A stretch of DNA of 63,183 bases, the filler included, from Licmophora abbreviata (Eukaryota): the NCBI GenBank assembly GCA_900291995.1. It is 4 parts of 4 records of this genome, joined end to end, with 100 filler letters (N's around TTAATTAATTAA, not from the genome) between each part and the next. Parts side by side here need not be neighbours in the genome. Positions count along the whole stretch, not along the records: positions 16,986 to 36,304 come from OLMU01003055.1; 3 more parts are not named here. One strand, given 5' to 3'. Shown here one piece after another: positions 23,061 through 35,501 of the stretch. Numbering within the stretch: the first letter of the stretch is position 1; each line of letters starts with the position of its first letter. Both the position numbers and the translations under genes were made by a program. Below the pieces are notes generated by a model. That model was not told where the DNA came from, made no database searches, and was given only the letters and a program-made list of their open reading frames with translations.

Positions 23061-25803
23061 ATGGTGGCCCGCAAGTACCTTTGCTCCGCTCCGCACCCCG
23101 ATGCATGGGAGGAACGGGCAGAGAGTCTATTGAAGAGTATTCGAGGAGGCTACAAGAAGCGAGATGCAGTGTTGCGACAAACCATTGAGGCGCTAGAGGC
23201 GAGACTGTGAGTGCATTGTGTTTTGTTGCAGAAGACATGTACGGACCGGTACCACAACCTTCTTTTCTGACAATGCAAATTGCTGCTCTCTTCAGTGATA
23301 TTCCTCAGCGGATAGGTCCTGGTCGTAAGACGAATGCTGAGCGCGCGATCAACTTTTATCATTATGTTCTGGAGCAGAATAATGCAACAGAAGGCGACAG
23401 TGTAGAGGAAGGCGAAGATGTGCCCACTTCACCGAACAAGCGAATGGCTCGAGTAAAGGGAGGAAAGCGTGCGGCAACCAGAGAAGAGGAAGACGAAGAG
23501 ACTGAATCGTTAGACTCGCAGGAATTTCTGGACCAACACAATGATGAATGCGAAATCTGCGATGAAGCCGGAGAGCTGCTGTGCTGCAGAACTTGCAATT
23601 TGGTGTTTCATCTCAAGTGCACGCGGCCTCTTCTTCGAAATCTTCCTTCGGACAACTGGAGTTGCGCGTATTGCATTATGTCGGGTGTCACTGGGCTCAA
23701 GCGGGACGCAAAGCGACGACGAAGAGCTGCGTCGGCAGTTCGAGCCATGGAAAACCTAAAAGCCGAACTTGCACAACAGACGGCGGAAGGGGCGGTGGAC
23801 GATGGTGAAAAGCCGGAGAAAACGAGCGAGAAGGACGGAATCCCTATAACCAAATGTGAGAAAAAGGAGGAGGAGAAGAAGATGATCCAGAAAGATAAAG
23901 AGAATCCAGAAATCGCGGGAGTCGAAGTAAACATTCCGTCTGAGCAGCCTGTTGGTGGAGGCACACCAACTGAATCGGAAGCGAACAAAGCGGAAGTAGA
24001 CAATGAGAAGCAAACCGAATCGGCCAAGACCGAAATATTGACTGACAAGCAAGTCGAAAAGAAAAACAAACGCAAACTCATGTTAAAGAAGCTTGCGGAT
24101 GCGTGGTCCACTGGAGAAGTCACTGATGATACACAAGAGGGTCGACGCCGCCGCCGCGACCGTCGCCAACCGAGCCTATACCAGCCGCAACTCTGTGCTG
24201 CCAAGCATTGGCAGTCTGATGCGCAATCTTCCCACGAAGATAGTGTAAAGGAGGAGGAGGAGGCCAGCAGTGATGATGAAGAAGGCGGTGTTGATGACGG
24301 GTCGACCTCATCGGGACATTCGATCGTGTGCAATTTCTGCCAGGATGATCCTTCTATCCCAGTTTGCTGTTTTTGCGCCTGTCGTATTTGCTTCGGAAAG
24401 CACAATTATGTAAGGCTTGAGCACTTTGCTATGGTTATGAGTTGTCATCCTACTTTTCTCACAGCTGACGTCTGTCGCTCTTCGCTCCAGGAAAAGCTCC
24501 TTCTCTGTGACGAGTGCGACGATGAATACCATACATTTTGTTTGCGTCCACCCCTAGCGTCGGTTCCTATGAAGAAGTGGTTTTGCCCAAAATGTGAAGA
24601 CTCGAATAACGGGGATAGGGTGGTAGGGACCAGTGCTACGGGGAGAAAGAAGTCGCCCGCAAGTCTGGGATCGAGATCGTCCAAGCGCAGTCCAAAGGAC
24701 GGCGATGAGTATGCTCCTCCCGCTAAACGAGCGCGTGGTCGCCTTTCAAACCCAGGGTCTGGTCAGGTGGGGAAATCGCGTGGTCGATCACCCAAGAACC
24801 GACGTGCTTCACCAGCTTCCAGCGATTCACAGCGAGGACGAATGAGGAAGCCGGACACAAGTGCACCGTGTACGAAGTTGCAGCGCGGCGAGTCGACTAC
24901 CCCAAGTCCGAGGAACAGTGGAGATTTGGAAGACCCCGATGTATCCACTGCAACGCCCCTCATGCGCAGTCGAAGTGGTCGGGCAGTAAAACGCCAACGC
25001 TTCCACGATGAGATCCCACAGGGAGCACAGTTGATGAGGACGCCAGCCAGATCACCACCGTCTTCAGGAGCGACAGTGCCTGATCAGAGAGCCGCACATT
25101 CAGTTGCATCTCAGAGTAACCAGCCTCCACAGACCTCCATCGCGCTCCCAGACATGCATCCCCCCTCAGCGACGGACACGAAGAAGCCGGCTGCCAGCCC
25201 TATCACTTCAATTCCAGGCGTGCAGAAGATGCCACAAGGGACCACCATGGGAATACCATATCTCCCACCTGGATTCTCTCCTTATGCTATCCCAACAGCG
25301 AAGGCAGCGATACCACTGACGCGAGTACCAACTCCAACCATATCCGGCGTGATGGCACCCTCGCCCGCAGCGTCGGCGGCTGCTGCCGCTGCTGCGGTGA
25401 CATCGATCGAAAAAAATTCACCTCCCGCGAAGGTTCCACGTCGAAAACCAGGGGCGCGTGAGTGTATGCAGATATCCCGACGTTGGGGTGTACAGGTGAT
25501 ACCTCAAGATTACATGGACATTCTATTGGTGAGCTTCTTGTAGCTTGGTGCGCAAAAATCTGAATTCTTGACGTTTCTCATCTTTTTCTATTCCTCATTC
25601 GCTTACCTTATCAGGACTATTGCACACGAGGAAAGGTCGAGCACTTGATTCGCATGCGGGAGCGCCTAGACGATCACTCGAGAATGTTGGAGGCGCAGCT
25701 TGCTGGATTAGAAGCACTCGTGAAGGAAAAGGGTGAACTTGACCTCAAGGTACCTCCTGCACCCGTTCCCAACAGAGCAACATCGCCACCTCCTGGGTCG
25801 TAA
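23061..25803 (+). CDS. Double PHD-finger chromatin protein (introns 23207-23295, ~24409-24490, 25529-25614)
   Basis: [24 protein letters not shown] and [25 protein letters not shown]; first exon [12 protein letters not shown] and last exon [18 protein letters not shown] recovered by splicing. Confidence 0.88.
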
Positions 25804-25964
25804 TGGAGTAGTTCTACTTTAACTTTGACCGCCACCACCGTTCGATCGTATTGTCCAAACAACCACTCGTCCAACGAGTCGAGGTCTCGAGCTCCCACAT
25901 TGTGATGGCCGAAAAATATGTGATGCAAGAATCAATCACATCTTCGTCCTTTTTGCTGTCGACC

Positions 25965-26552
25965 ATGCTTCTATCCTCCCTTTGTCGCTCGAACCTGGGA
26001 ATCCTGACACAAAAGATAGGTCTTATTGAAGCTCTTGAGTCTCGATATGGCCTCGAAAAGGCCAAGGAGTTGTACAAATCAGTCGATCCTGTCGTCGGTG
26101 CGTCGATAGGACAGCATATTCGACACTCTGTGGATCACGTCGAACTTGCCGCGTTGGTTGCCGCCACGGATCCGTTGCCCGACGATCCAGTCGAAATTCA
26201 TTATGACTTACGAGTGCGTGGGGGCACGACGGAAGGAGATATGGAAGAAGCCAGCAAGCGAATTGCCCAGGTCGCGGACGTGCTGAGAAATCTTTCCGAT
26301 ACCACCGCGCACCCAGAGAAACTCGTCGCGAGAACCGTTAGTGCCAACTTTATGTTGTCGGGGGACGAAAGCGACGAGTTTGGATTGAAGAGCACGATTG
26401 GAAGAGAATTGGGATTTGCCGCTCATCACGCGATTCATCATATGGCCATGATCAAGCTGATTGCCGTTGGACATACTGGCCTCGAGCAGAGCGATCTCCC
26501 GTCAGATTTTGGACGAGCGCCAAGCACTGTGCAACATGACCGGCAGACATGA
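25965..26552 (+). CDS. DinB/YfiT-like four-helix metal-binding protein
   Basis: SIGQHIRHSVDH, HYDLRVRG, GRELGFAAHHAIHHMAMI and FGRAPST; single exon; start may be 25905. Confidence 0.8.
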   Translation: MLLSSLCRSNLGILTQKIGLIEALESRYGLEKAKELYKSVDPVVGASIGQHIRHSVDHVELAALVAATDPLPDDPVEIHYDLRVRGGTTEGDMEEASKRIAQVADVLRNLSDTTAHPEKLVARTVSANFMLSGDESDEFGLKSTIGRELGFAAHHAIHHMAMIKLIAVGHTGLEQSDLPSDFGRAPSTVQHDRQT

Positions 26553-26704
26553 ACGGGTGCGCCGAGTTCATTACTATTAATATAGTGTAGGTCATTAAAA
26601 GATATGATAGATACTTTAAACTGTACGCTTGAACATGAGATCATGCAGTGATGTGTTGACACGGAGAGGTTTCCCTGCCGAACCGATGGCAAACAATACT
26701 ACAA

Positions 26705-28210
26705 CTATTGGATCGAACAATCACGGCGTAGCCTTGACCGGGTCCGCCTACCACGGTGGCGGCTTGCACTCGCTTCGACGGGTGGAGAGACTGGAGTACC
26801 GTTAGCAACCACTTGTGTGCATTCAGGCACATCCACTGGGAGCGTTGCAGAATTGCTCACGAACTCCACGTTGACATCAATTTCCTCAGTCTGAAGCTCA
26901 TCATCATTCCATGATGAAACATCGTCGTCGTCAAAGCTCGAACTGTCTGGGGCTACCACAGCGTCAGCAAATGGCACCGAAATATCGTCCTGTTCGACCA
27001 CAATGGGCATGGCGGGAACAACCTGTGCATCTCCATCACTAGTGTCACTTCCTCCATCTCTTGCCGCACTCACATGCAAGGGAATCTTGACCGACACATT
27101 ATTCACAGTCCTTGCTTCGGTGCGAAAGTACATCTTCAAGTAGTGCGATATTGTGACATTGGTACCTGAATGGGACTCGCGGGCATGGGAAGGGATGCGA
27201 AGCTCGATTGTATTCTGCGGATTCTCGAGTCCGATGGCAATCTCATTTCGGTTCGCAGCATTCAGGTCGACGTTGTCCCGCAGATTCTGTTTCACTTGCA
27301 ACGCTGATAACTTGTCTCGTTGCAGCCCCGGCAAGGCAAAGGTCATATTTCGATGTTTGGCTAGTGTTCGTTTCCCACGCGACTTCTCATTGAAGGCTGT
27401 CCATTGGAAATGCTCGACAAGTTTCCAGTCGACGCATTCAATGTTGGTCGAGGAATTGTTGCGGCAGGCGAGGGTGATCTCCACTACATCTCCCTTTGTC
27501 ACATACGAGTTGGTACATTTGACTCCGTAGGAGATGCTGCCAATCTGTTTGAGTCCAAGGCTCTTGATGCGTACAGTGTGAGGTTCGAGTATAACTGGAT
27601 GGATGGGTCGTGGTAAGGGTGCCGCATGGACTCGAAAATACCGAAAGAGACGTTGATTTCCTAGTGTGCAATAGATCAAGTACTGCACCAGACATCCATT
27701 CGGCAGTTTGCCGTAGAAGACGGACGAAGGAAGCGCGACGGGCAATCTCACAGAAAATGGAAAGACGTGCATCCCCTTGTCGAGGGAGGACACCGACGAG
27801 TCTTCGGTGGTGTCCTGCAGTAGTATTCTTTCCTTTCGAAAGAACACTTGACATTCTCGTAGAATCCGGTTGGTGCTGATCGGAACGGAAGTTTGCTCTT
27901 GGCCGACAATTGTGAGAGTAAGGTCCGAGTGATGAACGACACGACGAACATCCACCAACACGCTTCCCTTCATTTCGGTACCGGCGGTAAAGTCCAAGTT
28001 TCCTAAAGAAACAAGAAGGAAGACGATATGGTCAGCAAGGGAGTTAGTAAAATTCTTTCCTATTGTTATGAGGGCAAGAACGCAGGCGCGTCGCACACTG
28101 CAGTGACGATGATGTGTTCTCCCATTATGAATTCGAAACTCACCTAGACGGCACGAAGGTCTTTCTCTCTCATGATCCAGCTCGATACCGAGCCTCACTT
28201 GATTCAGCAT
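26705..28210 (-). CDS. Arrestin-fold protein, paralogue 2 (in-frame intron ~28003-28143)
   Basis: GMHVFPFSVRLPVALPSS, LACRNNSSTNI, ISHYLKMY..VSVKIPLHV; similar to 2547-4672 but lacks the C-terminal helical domain. Confidence 0.8.
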   Translation of the reverse strand: MLNQVRLGIELDHERERPSCRLGEFRIHNGRTHHRHCSVRRACVLALITIGKNFTNSLADHIVFLLVSLGNLDFTAGTEMKGSVLVDVRRVVHHSDLTLTIVGQEQTSVPISTNRILRECQVFFRKERILLQDTTEDSSVSSLDKGMHVFPFSVRLPVALPSSVFYGKLPNGCLVQYLIYCTLGNQRLFRYFRVHAAPLPRPIHPVILEPHTVRIKSLGLKQIGSISYGVKCTNSYVTKGDVVEITLACRNNSSTNIECVDWKLVEHFQWTAFNEKSRGKRTLAKHRNMTFALPGLQRDKLSALQVKQNLRDNVDLNAANRNEIAIGLENPQNTIELRIPSHARESHSGTNVTISHYLKMYFRTEARTVNNVSVKIPLHVSAARDGGSDTSDGDAQVVPAMPIVVEQDDISVPFADAVVAPDSSSFDDDDVSSWNDDELQTEEIDVNVEFVSNSATLPVDVPECTQVVANGTPVSPPVEASASRHRGRRTRSRLRRDCSIQ

Positions 28211-28608
28211 GGAGAAATGGGATGAAATTGGAGTTCTAATGAGCTGGGATAGACTTCGTTCGCAATTTGCTATCAACAACAGTGTAAGGAATGCAAAGCT
28301 GTGTTGTACGATACTCCGAGTATGCTGTATTGTCGATGTGATGGAATGCAAAAGATGAGAATCTCATCTCGCGTCACGCTGGAAGAATCGAGTCGAACGA
28401 TTCGAAATGACTCCGCGCAGATCTTCGCGCGATCGATGGAAGTCTGAATTACATCCGGGTCTGCATCCGCACTTTTTTCGTCTTCTGCGAAACGGTGAAG
28501 TTGCACCAACTTTGGATCTTTCGAGATGGAGATGCTCCTCCTATCGCGATCACAAGGCACTTTTTCATCGCAGACGAAGGAATCAAGCGTAGATCGTTCG
28601 GCTGAGAC

Positions 28609-30153
28609 ATGCCCGACTTGGAGAAGTCACCGATAGCGGTACCGCCGAACGAACAGTCGTACTATGGCACCCTGCCAGGCGGCGTCGACGAACATGACGA
28701 CGACGAAGACGACATGGGCGAATCCATGTTTCGACGACTCTCGTCGGCGTACATTTCCTTTTCGGAGCCTGCCAATCGCACTAATACTGCCGAGGTTTCA
28801 TTGTTTACGTCCGTGAGACATACTGTCAGGTACTCCGTCAGTGACACGGTAATCAAGACGTTGCGGTTTACGGATGCAGGTGAAAACTGCAGTGTGCGCG
28901 ATATGGGCGGTACGGCGACTATTCCGAACGAAATTCTGAATTTAGTCAAGAACATTGTCGGAGCAGGAGCTCTGGCGTTGCCGAGTGGTGTGGCAGCCTT
29001 TGGTAATGCCCCCTCTGTCTTATTCCCTGCTGCCTGCTGGCTGCTTATCATGGGAGCTATATTTGCGTATTTCTTCCTGCTCCTCGGGAGAACTTGTAAA
29101 GTGACAAGGACCGCTACGTACGCAGAAGCCTGGGAGCGCACCATGGGTCAATCAGGGTCAGGATTGGTTGCTTTCGCGGTGGCGCTCAAGGCAGGCATGG
29201 GAAACTTGGAGTGCAGTATGATTCTGGCCGACAGCTTTCGCGATTTGTTCACGACAGCAGGGCTGAACGTGGGACGAAGTCTTTCGTTGATTATAGTCAC
29301 GGTTGTCGCGTTGTTGCCACTCTGCTTATTGAAGAATCTTGCTGTCCTTGCTCCTTTTAGTATGCTGGGACTGGCTGCCATGCTGTTTACCGGTTTTGCG
29401 ATTGCATGGCGTTATCACGACGGAAGTTACGACGTTGCCAGCGACGGAGTGTACCTGGCCGATATTGCCGACGATATGAAACCAAGGTTCGGAACAGTTG
29501 GTGCAATGGGAGCGTTTCATTTGAATGTGCTCGTTCTTCTGTGTATGGTGTCGGAAGCCTACATTGCACACTACAATGCCCCTCGATTCTGGGTGGAACT
29601 GAAAAACCGGACGGTCCCCCGCTTCGGTGCCGTCGTTAGCTCTTCGTTTGGGATATCGGCGATATACTATGTTTTGGTTACCAGTTTTGGCTTTCTTACG
29701 TTTGGCGCAAACTCATCTGGATTCATTCTTGACAACTACTCTACCAACGACGTGCTCGCGTCGATCTCGCGAGCCTGCGTGGGGTTTTCTCTCATTTTTA
29801 CATACCCCATTATCTTTATTGGCTTTCGCGACGGCATGATTGACGCTCTCATGGTCCCCCAAGACCTCCAGACCGCACGGAATCTCAACGTTCTGACCCT
29901 TCTTCTACTTGTTATCATCACTATTCTGGCCATGTTCCTACAAGATCTCGGTATGGTCACAGCGGTCGGTGGAGGAACACTCGGGACGCTGGTTGTCTTT
30001 ATCGTCCCGACATTGATGTTTGTACGAGCTGTCGACCTACTGGGCGAAAAGGCCACACTAGGTCAGAAGCGAGAGGTCTATCTTGCAAACGTGCTTATGT
30101 TGATGGGGATTTTTATCGGCGTCGTTGGCGTGTGGCTTGCCATGACGAACTAG
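28609..30153 (+). CDS. Amino acid transporter, AAAP/Aa_trans (SLC38-like) family
   Basis: NLVKNIVGAGALALP, LLPLCLLKNL..LAPFS, AYIAHYNAP, GFLTFG..ILDNY; many TM segments. Confidence 0.92.
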   Translation: MPDLEKSPIAVPPNEQSYYGTLPGGVDEHDDDEDDMGESMFRRLSSAYISFSEPANRTNTAEVSLFTSVRHTVRYSVSDTVIKTLRFTDAGENCSVRDMGGTATIPNEILNLVKNIVGAGALALPSGVAAFGNAPSVLFPAACWLLIMGAIFAYFFLLLGRTCKVTRTATYAEAWERTMGQSGSGLVAFAVALKAGMGNLECSMILADSFRDLFTTAGLNVGRSLSLIIVTVVALLPLCLLKNLAVLAPFSMLGLAAMLFTGFAIAWRYHDGSYDVASDGVYLADIADDMKPRFGTVGAMGAFHLNVLVLLCMVSEAYIAHYNAPRFWVELKNRTVPRFGAVVSSSFGISAIYYVLVTSFGFLTFGANSSGFILDNYSTNDVLASISRACVGFSLIFTYPIIFIGFRDGMIDALMVPQDLQTARNLNVLTLLLLVIITILAMFLQDLGMVTAVGGGTLGTLVVFIVPTLMFVRAVDLLGEKATLGQKREVYLANVLMLMGIFIGVVGVWLAMTN

Positions 30154-30516
30154 CTAGCCTACTGCACGTTCTGTGGCTTCTTACTAACACCTCGCATGTA
30201 GCTTAACACATATGATTGCAATCTCCCCTGGAGCACTGAACATTTCTGAGAGCTGTCAAGATATGCTATCGCTATTGGCGTTGGTTCAGTCTAGCAGTAG
30301 GCTACGGTGGGCCCGGGGGTTCCCAGACACATCTCTATTCGCCGTGAGAAACCTCGCCCGCGCGTGCCTCGCGCTACCAGGTAATACGAGCCGCGGCTGT
30401 GACCGGATGATGCTGATGCGTGTTCAACGCGTCGTTTGGCTTATGTATCATCCACAACAAGCTAAACCACGAGAGACACGCCTACCGCTGTGCCCAGGAC
30501 TTAGCAACGCCTTAGG

Positions 30517-31440
30517 ATGTCAACGTTGCAAGAAGAATCGGGTCTGAAGACAATCCGTCAGGGAAGAACTGTTCAGGTTCGAAAGCTGAGATGCAATTCG
30601 AACACGCCAACATATGCTCGTCGTCACCGTCTGGACGCAAATCTGGTGTTTCTGCACGGCGTCTGTGCCGCTTCTGCTCAGTTTGATCGCGTTTTGGAGG
30701 TTTTGGAAGGACTATCGAAGGATGGCACATCCAAGATAAGTCTGAGGTGCTATCTGTACGATGCCATTTCCTGTGGGAAGTCGCCCAAGGTGGATCCAAC
30801 GAGTGACTGGGATGCGTACCATACGGACGAGGCAGTCGAGGATCTGAAACGCATTCTCGAGACACAAGTAGACGATCCAAAGCTTCCCACGGTACTTATT
30901 GGACATTCTTATGGGGCTACAGTTGCTATCCGCTATCTCAGTCGGTATTCTGCTCCGTCGAGAGACTGCAACATCGCAGGCTGCATATTTCTCGGCTCTG
31001 CCCTCCAAGGCGGACCCGTGCCCTTGGACGACGGAGGACACATTATCTTTTGTCTACCGGTCTTCCTCTTGCGGTGTTTGCAGCCTCACATGACAAGAGA
31101 GTTCATGAAGATGGCCTACTACAACCACACCGAGCCCGATTTCATACAAACAGCACTTGAACACAACAATTCGAACGACATTGCCTACTGCAGACCGCAC
31201 CATCGTCATTTTCAATGGGCAGACGTTTCCGAGGCTCAGAGTATCGGAGATGAGGGACTCGCTGTGCTCGTCATTCACGGAAAGTACGATGGGATTCTGC
31301 CTATCGAAGGGGGGCAACATCTGGCCGATGTCGTCAAGGCGAAGGAGTTTCTCGTGGTTGATGAGGCCGCCCATCAAGTCATGGAGGAGCAGCCCAGAGC
31401 CGTGGCAAGCGCATTGATGCGATTTCTGCAAAACCTGTAG
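30517..31440 (+). CDS. Alpha/beta hydrolase
   Basis: VFLHG, nucleophile elbow GHSYG, acid in IHGKYD, His in AAHQVMEEQP. Confidence 0.9.
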   Translation: MSTLQEESGLKTIRQGRTVQVRKLRCNSNTPTYARRHRLDANLVFLHGVCAASAQFDRVLEVLEGLSKDGTSKISLRCYLYDAISCGKSPKVDPTSDWDAYHTDEAVEDLKRILETQVDDPKLPTVLIGHSYGATVAIRYLSRYSAPSRDCNIAGCIFLGSALQGGPVPLDDGGHIIFCLPVFLLRCLQPHMTREFMKMAYYNHTEPDFIQTALEHNNSNDIAYCRPHHRHFQWADVSEAQSIGDEGLAVLVIHGKYDGILPIEGGQHLADVVKAKEFLVVDEAAHQVMEEQPRAVASALMRFLQNL

Positions 31441-31527
31441 ACACCGCTCGATATTCTGCCAGCGTAAGTCAGTTGCTAAAAGATATGTCAGCTGCATCCT
31501 ATATAGCCTGTATCTACCTGTCGGCGT

Positions 31528-34431
31528 TCACGAGTCTTCTTCAGAAATACGGAGAAGTTCGTTGACTTTGCGAGCCTCGAATTCCACTCGCAAACTCAAG
31601 AAAGCCTTGGCGTCTTCCAGCTTGAGGTCCCAGTTGCCCTTGCGTCGAGATGACGAGATCAAATCAACGATGTCCTCCAAGTCGTCCACGTTTAGAAGTT
31701 TCGCGATCTGCAGGAGGCGGGCCAGTGGGACGCACGCTCGGTACAGTGACATGGTGGACTTGAGCTCAGGGGAGTCGAGATTATCCTTGGTGTAGCTGAG
31801 CAGGTCGCGCATGTCCGAATCAAGGCTCAGGGCACCAAGAGCCGTGAATTGACACTATGGGACGATACAAAAAGGTTGTCAGTCTACGCTCGTACCATTC
31901 ACATATAAAACCGCTTCCCCGGACTTACTCTACGCAGGGCGCTCTCGAGTCGTTTCGCGGCATTTCCAATCACTCCTAGAACAAGCGCATCCGACAAACG
32001 TGGGGCGAGGTGCAGCCTCAGAGGATAGATGAGTTCATCCACAGTCGAGCAGCTGAGCGGAAACGGGGGAGAAATTAGATGTTTCCGTAGACAGTGTTAT
32101 TCGTGAATTCAATAGCATCAACTTACAGTCTTGCCATGTATCCTTCGCCCAACTGCAGTAACTTATACGCTGCGTCGTCGAGGTCGTAGTTCATCCGAAC
32201 GGATGCACGCTCTGTTCCCTTTGCTCCCATGACTGAAGTACTCATAAATGAGGCAGAAGCACTGCTTTCGGATCCAGCAGCATCGCCCACAATGGCGCGG
32301 ACACGAGGCGTCAAGATCAACACCAACGACTCCATCGTAGATTCCGATGCCGATCGGAAGGATTCAGTCACTGGTGAGATAGATTTAACGCACATGCGCA
32401 ACTGTTCCGTATCGTGAGTGTTGGGCGGGAAACCTTTGTCAATGGAGTCATGCAACAGTTTTTCCAACTGCTGAGAGTGGTGTACGGCAACCTCCAAGTC
32501 GTTCAGAGTCGCACAAGCTCGGCCAACTCCCTGTTGCATTTTCTGGCGCCGAGTCGCCTCATCCACGTCTCCGCCTCCACGCACCGCGCTGCCGACGGCC
32601 ACATTCCCCTGACGCAATAAGTTGGATGCACCTGTAAAGAGATTTGACGATCCCTCCAACAAACCCTCACCAGGTTTAAGCGGTGCCACACCCGTCTCTT
32701 GGGCACGTCGCGTCATAACTTCCAGCAAAACGCCCCCGAGACAGTCGCTAGAAAAGTTGGCCATTGCCGACGCAGTTCCAGTGTGACCCGTCGCAAACGC
32801 ACGCTGCGCGCCATGTCGCGCTGCGTACAAGCAAGTTTCCACCAAGGAAGTCTTGAGTGCTCGCGATCCCACGGTACCTCCATGAGCCGAGGCACCGAGG
32901 GGACTGTAGTGGCTGAGGTCCAGCACGGTCGTTGCTTGAAAGGCTCGTTGCATCGACGCCAGCAACAGACAACGTTCAATACCCGAATAGTACCCGCCGA
33001 CTTCGGCCACGACTTCCTGCAGCTGAGTGTACGACGGTAGAATCTGCAAGGCCTTGTACGGCACGTCGTCTTGGTTTTCTGCGACAACGCCCGTCGTCCA
33101 CTCTTGGCGTTCGCGCTCTGCTTTCTTTGATTCTTGTTCTTGCTCAAAACGAAGCTGACGCGCCTTGTTGATTTCTTCGACCGTATGATGAAGAAAACGT
33201 GTAAACGACTCGGCGTGCTGCAAACACAAAGCAGCCTCTTCCAATGCCCCATCAACGTCCGCTAGACTTCCAACTTCGACGGAGAATCCACAGTCGTCCA
33301 TGTCCTTGGTCAGAGACACAGACGCGTCCTCTTCTAGTGCTGCGGCGTGACTTCCGGCATACTTCTCTTCCAATAGCGTATAGATACGCTGCGCATTCCT
33401 CGATACCACCGTCAGCTGGCGATCGCTCACATACAAGTGAAAGAGCGGCAAGACCAACTGTTCCACTTGTGCATGCACCAACTGAACAATCGCCGCATCA
33501 CCATCGGCCGTATAGAGGTAGTGCGAAATCATTGGCAAGTGATGCCGTAGCGTCGTAACGGCACAATTGTATATTCGTGCCATTTGAATATACGGCGGCG
33601 GCGGCGGAGCCGCCGCTTGACGCGCCTCTTCGCGGCGTTTCGAGGCACGAGACTGCGGGCCCTGCGTCTGCGCCGCCGGTTGCTCGAGCGGCTCTTGGCA
33701 GCCTCTTTCCATTCCGTCGACATAATAGTCTGCAAGTAGTGCAAGTAGGACTTGACCGCCTCGCGTTCCAGCTGCACTTGATGCAGTAAGGGAGTCAGAT
33801 CGCTCAGCACCTTGAGATTCAGCTCTTGTGCGGCCGCCTGATAGCGGTCCATCAACGTCGTCTTTAGGACACGAACCGTCGTCTCCATCTGGTCCACAGT
33901 GTAGTCACCCGCATACTGCAGTGCCCGACGGGTATGACGCCCTTGTTCTCTCTGACGCATATATTCCTGAACAGCCCGACTCGCAGCCGGGTATGTCTGT
34001 GCACTCAATGCCTCTGCAGCTGCATCGGAATTGTGCCGAATGCTGAGTGCCGTCTCGACATCCAAGGCATGCTGTTCGAGCTCTCGCTTCTCACTTTCCA
34101 ATGTCCGAATCTCCTGAGAAGCCTGCGTTCCTCCCGACGAAATTTTTGTCAGAGAGTGTAGAATACTGTCGGCACTGGCCAATGAAGAGTCGAGTTCAAG
34201 CTTGGACGCCTCCTCCTCCTTGCTCTCGTCAGTCTTTTGGTCGCCGGCTGCGACCAAGGTGAGCTCTTGGAGCTCTTGGGCGAGATTGAACGCAAGCTCT
34301 TGCGCCTTTTTCGAAGAGCATTGAGACAGAGAGATCAACGCTGCTTCAGGGGAATCATAGTCCAAGGCCTCCGCCATGGTCTTTGGCGGAGAAACATCGG
34401 AAACCGAGACGGCGGTCGTCATCATGGTCAT
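31528..34431 (-). CDS. COG4: Conserved oligomeric Golgi complex subunit 4 (two 3' introns; 1-nt frame break at ~33695)
   Basis: N-terminal coiled coil; C-terminal FTALGALSLDSDMRDLL...ARLLQIAKLLNVDDLEDIVD..WDL...AKAFLSLRVEF matches the COG4 pattern. Confidence 0.8.
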
Positions 34432-34742
34432 TGCGCATCGATTTTGTGGCACAAATTTTTCGAGATCGCGGGCGAACTACCGGGTTCCAAAACGGCTGGC
34501 CCGCTCGCATTTTTCTCTCATGGGGTCTGTCAGTCTTCCAAAAAGTGCGCGCCGCTCTCACCGCGTCCTCCGCCACGCAACCACTCTCTCGTCCCACGTA
34601 TCGCCGCACGCGTCGCCTTATTGTATTGCCTTTCATTCACAGCTTCACTTCCGTCGTTGGCAGTAGTGCGATTGCTTTGGCGTTTAATTTATCCTTGCCG
34701 TTAACAGCGAGTCGTAACTTTAAGTCTTACAAAGTCGGTAGT

Positions 34743-35426
34743 ATGAATACCTCAGGAGACCGCGAATTCGAAGGCGATGCCGGAGCCCCGCTGCCCGATT
34801 TCTCGTCGGCTCGCGGCATTCAGCTGCAGACGGTCGCACCGGCTCTTGGTGTGCCCAGGCAACAACAACCAGACTACCTAGACTATGACACAAAAGGACG
34901 TGGGGTGGTGGTCACCATGTTTGCCAATGCAGGAATGGCCTATCTGATGGGGATCGCCGGGGGAGGCGCCTATGGATTCCGTGAAGGCCTTACCCACACA
35001 CCGTCTACCCGATTCAAGGTCAAGCTAAATTCTGTATTGAATCACTGCGGAAGGCACGGATCTCTCTGGGGAAACCGATTAGGAACGGTTTCCATCTTGT
35101 ATTCTCTCTGGGAAGGAGCTGCTGATCATGTGAGTAGAAGCGACAAAGTGTGTTTAGCAGCACAACTAGCATTTTTGTGGCACTGTTTGCTCACGATCTC
35201 TTCTTCTACTACTCTTCAGTTTGAACTGGATGAGTATACGGGTCCAGTACAGCCAGCGTCGCCCGTGTTTGCAGCATTCATGACGGGAGCAACCTTTTAC
35301 GCACCGGCCGGACCTCGAGCAGCAGCGCTGGCGGGTGGAATCGGCATGGGCGCGGTTGGTGCTACCTATGCTGCCTATACCCTGGTGGGATGGCCTTATG
35401 GAGGGAGTGGATTTCTTTTCTTTTAG
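34743..35426 (+). CDS. TIM23: Mitochondrial inner membrane translocase subunit Tim23 (in-frame intron 35130-35219)
   Basis: AYLMGIAGGGAYGFREGL, KVKLNSVLNHCGRHGSLWGNRLG and GPRAAALAGGIG, Tim17/22/23 family with Tim23-type acidic N-terminus. Confidence 0.88.
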   Translation: MNTSGDREFEGDAGAPLPDFSSARGIQLQTVAPALGVPRQQQPDYLDYDTKGRGVVVTMFANAGMAYLMGIAGGGAYGFREGLTHTPSTRFKVKLNSVLNHCGRHGSLWGNRLGTVSILYSLWEGAADHVSRSDKVCLAAQLAFLWHCLLTISSSTTLQFELDEYTGPVQPASPVFAAFMTGATFYAPAGPRAAALAGGIGMGAVGATYAAYTLVGWPYGGSGFLFF

Positions 35427-35501
35427 ACAGTAACACTTTGTATAGAATGCAACTTTCTAGAAATATGACGATACTAGTGTTATCGTAGTACGAGTGAGTT
35501 C

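Noticed and set aside
23608..24405. Long antisense ORFs (also 48313-48891 and 49051-49782)
   Set aside because: Ser/Phe-rich shadows of Glu/Asp/Lys-rich sense coding regions with no motifs of their own
34383..34742. Long N-terminal extension of Tim23 overlapping the COG4 start
   Set aside because: The ORF begins at a non-ATG codon and reads through promoter/UTR sequence; ATG 34743 gives a normal Tim23
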